From: Smithellaceae bacterium
GTDB lineage: Bacteria; Desulfobacterota; Syntrophia; Syntrophales; Smithellaceae
Assembly: GCA_028701435.1 (NCBI GenBank)
Contig: JAQVQT010000001.1
Coordinates: 1-38,466 of the forward strand
Length of the DNA stretch: 38,466 nt
Direction: 5' to 3'
Shown one piece after another: positions 34,631-38,466 of the stretch; within the stretch, counting starts at the first letter, position 1; each line of letters starts with the position of its first letter. The notes beneath the pieces are model-generated. The model ran no database searches. It had not been told where the DNA came from and worked only from the letters and a program-made list of their open reading frames with translations. The position numbers and the translations under genes were made by a program.

Positions 34631-35358
34631 TGTCCCGGATGACCGGCAAAAAGTATTTCGGCAAAAACAGCAGCCCCGGCAATATGTTTTTGGCCTCTCT
34701 GTTTCTGCACCTGATGGTCATCGCCGCCGTTTTCGCAACCGTACCCGGCTCGTCCAGGCAGATGACTTTCGGAGCGCCTTATTCCGTGGCGCTGGTCGGA
34801 CCCGACGTCCTTGAATCCGGTCATCAGGATGTCCCGGAGCCAAAGAGCCTTCTTCAGGCAGGGGCTTCGACCGGCCCCGTCATTCTGAAGCGCGACATCG
34901 GAGCCTCGCCGTCTTCGTTCGTCATGAAAAAAGACGACAGCGGCAGACCGGACATAGAAAAAGCCATTCGCGCCATTCAACAGAAGGAAACGGCCACGGC
35001 GCAAAACAAAGATTCGCAGGCGGCTTCAACCGCCCAAAGAGCCGCTGCCGCCTCGCCGGAATATTCATCGCAACTGAACGAATACAGCCGTCTGGTCTGG
35101 TCCAAGGTAAAAAGAAACTGGTCGCTTCCCGCCGCCCTGATGCCCAAAAAAAACGTGGAAGCCGTGATCGAAGTGCGAATTGCCCAAAGCGGCGTGGTGG
35201 AGCATATCGGCTTTGAAAAACGCTCGGGCAACAGCTACTTTGATGAATCCGCTCTTCGTGCGGTTAAAAAATCAACCCCCTTCCCACCGCTTGGCGGATG
35301 GGCGTCCGGCCGCTTTGTTGAAATCGGCATTCGGTTTCATTCCGCGGAACTGCGCTGA
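34627..35358 (+). CDS. tolA: TolA-like protein (N-terminal TM plus TonB_C-type C-terminal domain)
   Basis: It overlaps tolR by 4 bp. The TM segment is FLASLFLHLMVIAAVFATV. The C-terminal domain is WSLPAALMPKKNVEAVIEVRIAQSGVV...FDESALRAVKKSTPFPPL. It is called tolA by position. At 243 aa it is short. Confidence 0.75.
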   Translation: MMSRMTGKKYFGKNSSPGNMFLASLFLHLMVIAAVFATVPGSSRQMTFGAPYSVALVGPDVLESGHQDVPEPKSLLQAGASTGPVILKRDIGASPSSFVMKKDDSGRPDIEKAIRAIQQKETATAQNKDSQAASTAQRAAAASPEYSSQLNEYSRLVWSKVKRNWSLPAALMPKKNVEAVIEVRIAQSGVVEHIGFEKRSGNSYFDESALRAVKKSTPFPPLGGWASGRFVEIGIRFHSAELR

Positions 35359-35384
35359 CGCATCCGCCGTAAAGGACCCTGTTC

Positions 35385-36710
35385 ATGGATAGAAAATATT
35401 GCCTGGGTATAGGATTGCTTCTTGTTCTTGTTTGGGTTTTCAGCGCGGCCGACAAGGCTGCGGCCAAAGTCTATATCGACATCGACGCGCCTGGATTTCA
35501 GCAATTTCCCGTTGCCGTTTGCGATTTTCAGATCAAAAAAGCGGGGACAGGCGACCCCTCACAAGAATCTGTCGACCTTTCCGACAGTGTTCGGCGCTAT
35601 CTCGATCTGACGGGAATCTTTCGCGTCCTGGATAAAAAAAGCTTTCTGGAAGGCGTTGAGCCGGGATCGCCGGAAATCATTCGCTTTTCCGACTGGTCGG
35701 TGATCGGCGCCGATTTTTTGCTGCGGGGCGATCTGACGTTCAGGGGAACGGACGTTTTCGCGGAGGGCCGCCTGTATGACGTGACGCGCGGTCAGATGCT
35801 TTTCGAAAAGAAATATTCAGGCACAAGCGGCGGCCTGCAATCCGTAGGGCTCTCCATCGCCTCGGACATCCTTCTGGCGTTGACCGGTGATCCGGGGGAT
35901 TTTCACACCAAAATAGCTTTTGTGATCAAAAAGAAATCGGGCGCCGATATTTTCACCATGAACTATGACGCATCCGATCTAAAAAATCTGACGAATGACC
36001 GCAGCATCGCCGCCGCGCCCCGCTGGTCGCCGGATGGCCGGTATTTTGCTTATACATCCTACAAAAACGGCCGGCCCATGGTTTTTCTGCGCCACCTGAA
36101 AACCGGGAAGGAAAAAATCATTGCTTCTTTTTCAGGCCTCAATCTGTGCGGCTCCTTCTCGCCGGACAGCAAAAAAATATTGCTGACGCTGAGCAAGGAC
36201 GGCAATGAGGAAATTTACGCTCTGGACATTGAAACGATGAAGCTCAGGCGGCTGACGCACAGTTTTTCCATCGATGTTTCTCCCGCCTGGTCGCCGGACG
36301 GAAGAAAGATCGCTTTTGTATCCAACCGCTCCGGCTCCCCGCAAATCTTCGTCATGGACGCGGACGGAAACAACGTGAAGCGGATCACCTTTGAAGGCAA
36401 CTACAACACCTCTCCCTCCTGGTCTCCCCGCGGAGGAAGAATCGCCTATGAAGGACTGATCAACCGGAAGTATCAGATTTTCTCCGTGGATGATGAAGGC
36501 AACAATCTGATTCAGCTGACTTTTGATGATGCGGACAACGAATACCCTTCCTGGTCGCCTTCCGGCCGGCAGATTGTCTTCCATTCCCGGCAAAACGCCC
36601 AAAGCCGGATCAGCATTATGAACGCCAACGGGCTGAACCTCCGTACGCTAAAGGAGAGCAGGGACTTCCTGGTCATGCCGGCATGGTCCCCCAGATCCGA
36701 ATCGGATTAA
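35385..36710 (+). CDS. tolB: Tol-Pal system beta-propeller protein TolB
   Basis: It has a signal peptide and repeated WSPDG blades (PRWSPDGRYFAY, PAWSPDGRKIAF, PSWSPRGGRIAY, PSWSPSGRQIVF). Confidence 0.93.
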   Translation: MDRKYCLGIGLLLVLVWVFSAADKAAAKVYIDIDAPGFQQFPVAVCDFQIKKAGTGDPSQESVDLSDSVRRYLDLTGIFRVLDKKSFLEGVEPGSPEIIRFSDWSVIGADFLLRGDLTFRGTDVFAEGRLYDVTRGQMLFEKKYSGTSGGLQSVGLSIASDILLALTGDPGDFHTKIAFVIKKKSGADIFTMNYDASDLKNLTNDRSIAAAPRWSPDGRYFAYTSYKNGRPMVFLRHLKTGKEKIIASFSGLNLCGSFSPDSKKILLTLSKDGNEEIYALDIETMKLRRLTHSFSIDVSPAWSPDGRKIAFVSNRSGSPQIFVMDADGNNVKRITFEGNYNTSPSWSPRGGRIAYEGLINRKYQIFSVDDEGNNLIQLTFDDADNEYPSWSPSGRQIVFHSRQNAQSRISIMNANGLNLRTLKESRDFLVMPAWSPRSESD

Positions 36711-36726
36711 AATTCCATAATTTTTA

Positions 36727-36756
36727 TTGACGCGAGGCTGCAAGTTATGTTTTAAT
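36727..36756 (+). promoter_or_regulatory. candidate internal promoter ahead of pal: TTGACG-N18-TTTAAT
   Basis: The -35 is at 36727-36732 and the -10 at 36751-36756, inside the 91-nt tolB-pal gap. Each hexamer matches the consensus at 5 of 6 positions. Prediction only. Confidence 0.35.
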
Positions 36757-36801
36757 CTTTGGAAATTCCGACATACTATCAAATAACGAAAGGAGAACAT
36801 T

Positions 36802-37434
36802 ATGAAGAAACATTTGACTCTATTAGGATTACTTCTGATTTTTGTCTTCAGTTTAACCATATTCAGCGGTTGCGCGGAAAAAACGGCGGTGGTCAAGGAC
36901 GAAGCGATTCAGGAGCAGAAGGTTGCGGCCGCGCAGGAAGGAGCTCCGGCAGCCGTAACGGCCGATGATGAAGCCGCCCGGAGAGCGAAAGAAGCCGCGG
37001 ACAGGGAAGCGGCCCTGAAAGAACAGGCGGCCAAAGATGCAGCCGCCAGAAAAGCAGCCGCCCGCGCGGCCTGGGCCAAAAAGAATGCGGAAGCGCTGAT
37101 TGATCTCAACATACAGAATATTTACTTTGATTACGACAAATCCGGCATCCGCCCCGACGCGCGCGAAATCCTGAAAGCCAACGCCGACATCTTCATGAAA
37201 AACAGCTCAGCGAAAATCATCGTGGAAGGTCACTGCGATGAAAGAGGGACGGCCGAATACAACATGGCCCTGGGCGAAAGACGCGCTCAGGAAGCCAAGC
37301 AGTACCTGATCAATCTGGGCATCGACGCCTCCCGGATTGAAACCATCAGCTACGGCAAGGAACGTCCGCTGGACAACCGCAGCATTGAAGAAGCCTGGGC
37401 GCAGAACCGACGGGCGCAGTTTCTTTTAAAATAG
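36802..37434 (+). CDS. pal: peptidoglycan-associated lipoprotein Pal (OmpA-like domain) with an extended Ala-rich linker
   Basis: The lipobox is FSGC, with Cys24. The OmpA-like domain has IYFDYDKSGIRPDA, VEGHCDERGTAEYNMALGERRA and NRRAQF. An AAAGGAGAA Shine-Dalgarno sequence is present. Confidence 0.92.
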   Translation: MKKHLTLLGLLLIFVFSLTIFSGCAEKTAVVKDEAIQEQKVAAAQEGAPAAVTADDEAARRAKEAADREAALKEQAAKDAAARKAAARAAWAKKNAEALIDLNIQNIYFDYDKSGIRPDAREILKANADIFMKNSSAKIIVEGHCDERGTAEYNMALGERRAQEAKQYLINLGIDASRIETISYGKERPLDNRSIEEAWAQNRRAQFLLK

Positions 37435-37458
37435 CCGGCGTCCGCCACGGAGACATTT

Positions 37459-38283
37459 TTGAAACGCTTTTGGTATCTCATACTGCCGGCAATGGTCTTC
37501 TCGCTTGCCGCGTGCGCGACCTCCTCTGATTTAAAGGAACTCCGCACGGAGCTGAACCGGCAGATGGAAGCAAAATTTGCCGCGGCGGATACCCGGTTGG
37601 ATGACCGGGTATCCGCCCTGCAAAAAGCGCAGGCGAAAAACACGGAAGACCTGTCCTCTCTGCGCAAGACAAACGCCAACACCAGCGCCAATTTCTCGGA
37701 CCTGCGCGACCAGGTGCAGCAACTGCGCGGTCAGGTTGAGACCCTGAAGAAGGAAACCAGCCGGGATCCCAAAAAAGACGCGGAAGTGCAGGAAAAGATC
37801 GATCACCTGCTGGTGAAGATCAATTTCATTGAAAACTTTCTGGAAATCGGCAAAAAAGACGCGGCAGGAGCCGCCGACAGCGCCGCTTCAGGCAAGGATC
37901 CGGGAAAGCAGGGCAAAGCCGCGGTTTATGCGGCGGCTTACCAGACCTTTAAGAACGGCCATTACACGAAGGCCAGAGAGGCTTTTCAGGACTTCCTGAC
38001 GGCCTATCCGACCGGCGAGTATTCCGATAACGCTCAGTTCTGGATTGGCGAGTGCTATTTTTTTGAAAAAAACTACGAAAAAGCCATCCTGGAATATGAA
38101 AAAGTAACCAAAAAATTCCCCAGCAGCAACAAAGTACCCTACGCGCTTTTAAAGCAGGGCATCTGCTTTCAAAACCTGGGCGACAAGGTCAGCGCCAAAC
38201 TTCTTTTGCAGCAGGTCATCAAGGACTATCCCAACACAAGCCAGGCGAGAATTGCACGCTCCAAACTTCAGGAAATCAAATAG
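37459..38283 (+). CDS. cpoB: Tol-Pal-associated cell division coordinator CpoB (YbgF): coiled coil plus TPR
   Basis: It uses a TTG start. There is an N-terminal signal/lipobox (SLAAC), a coiled coil (LRDQVQQLRGQVETLKKE), and the C-terminal TPR region YAAAYQTFKNGHYTKAREAFQDFLTAYPTGEYSDNAQFWIGECYF. Confidence 0.88.
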   Translation: MKRFWYLILPAMVFSLAACATSSDLKELRTELNRQMEAKFAAADTRLDDRVSALQKAQAKNTEDLSSLRKTNANTSANFSDLRDQVQQLRGQVETLKKETSRDPKKDAEVQEKIDHLLVKINFIENFLEIGKKDAAGAADSAASGKDPGKQGKAAVYAAAYQTFKNGHYTKAREAFQDFLTAYPTGEYSDNAQFWIGECYFFEKNYEKAILEYEKVTKKFPSSNKVPYALLKQGICFQNLGDKVSAKLLLQQVIKDYPNTSQARIARSKLQEIK

Positions 38284-38343
38284 CAAAAATCTTGCCCCCG
38301 CCTTTCGTCTTCTGTTCGGCCCGCTGGATCCGCCGCCGCGGCT

Positions 38344-38466
38344 TCAATCCAAACGAATAATCTTCGCGCCGTCCGGGGCAGGCAGCGTAAACACCGAAAG
38401 ATCGGCCGCCTCTTCCATGTGCACATCGGAATATTCCACGAAGGCGGACAGGGTGTTGTCCGCCCA
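38344..38466 (-). CDS. C-terminal fragment of an unidentified protein (5' end outside window)
   Basis: The minus-strand frame is open from the right edge for 40 codons (WADNTLSAFVEYSDVHMEEAADLSVFTLPAPDGAKIIRLD) and ends at TGA (reverse complement of 38344-38346). Third-position GC bias resembles neighbouring genes. No family is recognised. Confidence 0.3.
   Translation of the reverse strand, partial: WADNTLSAFVEYSDVHMEEAADLSVFTLPAPDGAKIIRLD

Noticed and set aside
1-38466. A search for CRISPR arrays, IS or transposase ends, integrases, tRNA or rRNA genes, toxin-antitoxin pairs and defence-system hallmarks.
   Set aside because: None was found. The largest non-coding gaps are about 283 bp (23901-24183) and about 167 bp (128-294), and they contain promoter-like sequence only. 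I saw no spaced direct-repeat arrays and no recombinase- or nuclease-type ORFs beyond the housekeeping ones listed.

Overview
This 38.5-kb, GC-rich window comes from a diderm bacterium. Gene content and order (tol-pal, selB, murC-murB-ftsQ, a PASTA-tailed FtsI) look Desulfobacterota/'deltaproteobacterial' to me, but that is inference only. All annotation below rests on reading the ORF translations and the DNA by eye; no searches were run.

The window is mostly core housekeeping:
- (1) 2-5060: the tail of an outer-membrane barrel gene, then a Crp/Fnr regulator, then a tight three-gene unit (extended SDR, oxalyl-CoA-decarboxylase/HACL-like ThDP enzyme, MFS transporter). This is the only clearly accessory block.
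- (2) 25707 down to 5136, minus strand: 17 co-directional genes, ruvX-mltG-mraZ-rsmH-ftsL-ftsI-murE/murF(fused)-mraY-murD-ftsW-murG-murC-murB-ftsQ-ftsA-ftsZ plus a large radical SAM gene. Four junctions have 4-bp start/stop overlaps.
- (3) 25871-28768: selB and a YhaM-like OB/HD nuclease.
- (4) 28877-30629: an orphan lipoprotein and a CDF metal transporter.
- (5) 30702-33372: epmB-efp-epmA, the EF-P beta-lysylation module.
- (6) 33492-38283: tolQ-tolR-tolA-tolB-pal-cpoB.
- A short convergent gene tail lies at the right edge.

I see no CRISPR array, IS element, integrase, tRNA or rRNA gene, toxin-antitoxin pair or recognisable defence island.

The best candidates for undescribed biology are:
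- the Crp/Fnr-controlled SDR/ThDP/MFS module, with a perfect 16-bp palindrome placed at -41.5 of a candidate promoter;
- the in-frame MurE-MurF fusion;
- the uncharacterised radical SAM gene directly behind ftsZ.

None of these is a compelling new 'system'. Everything else is an ordinary core region with minor oddities.
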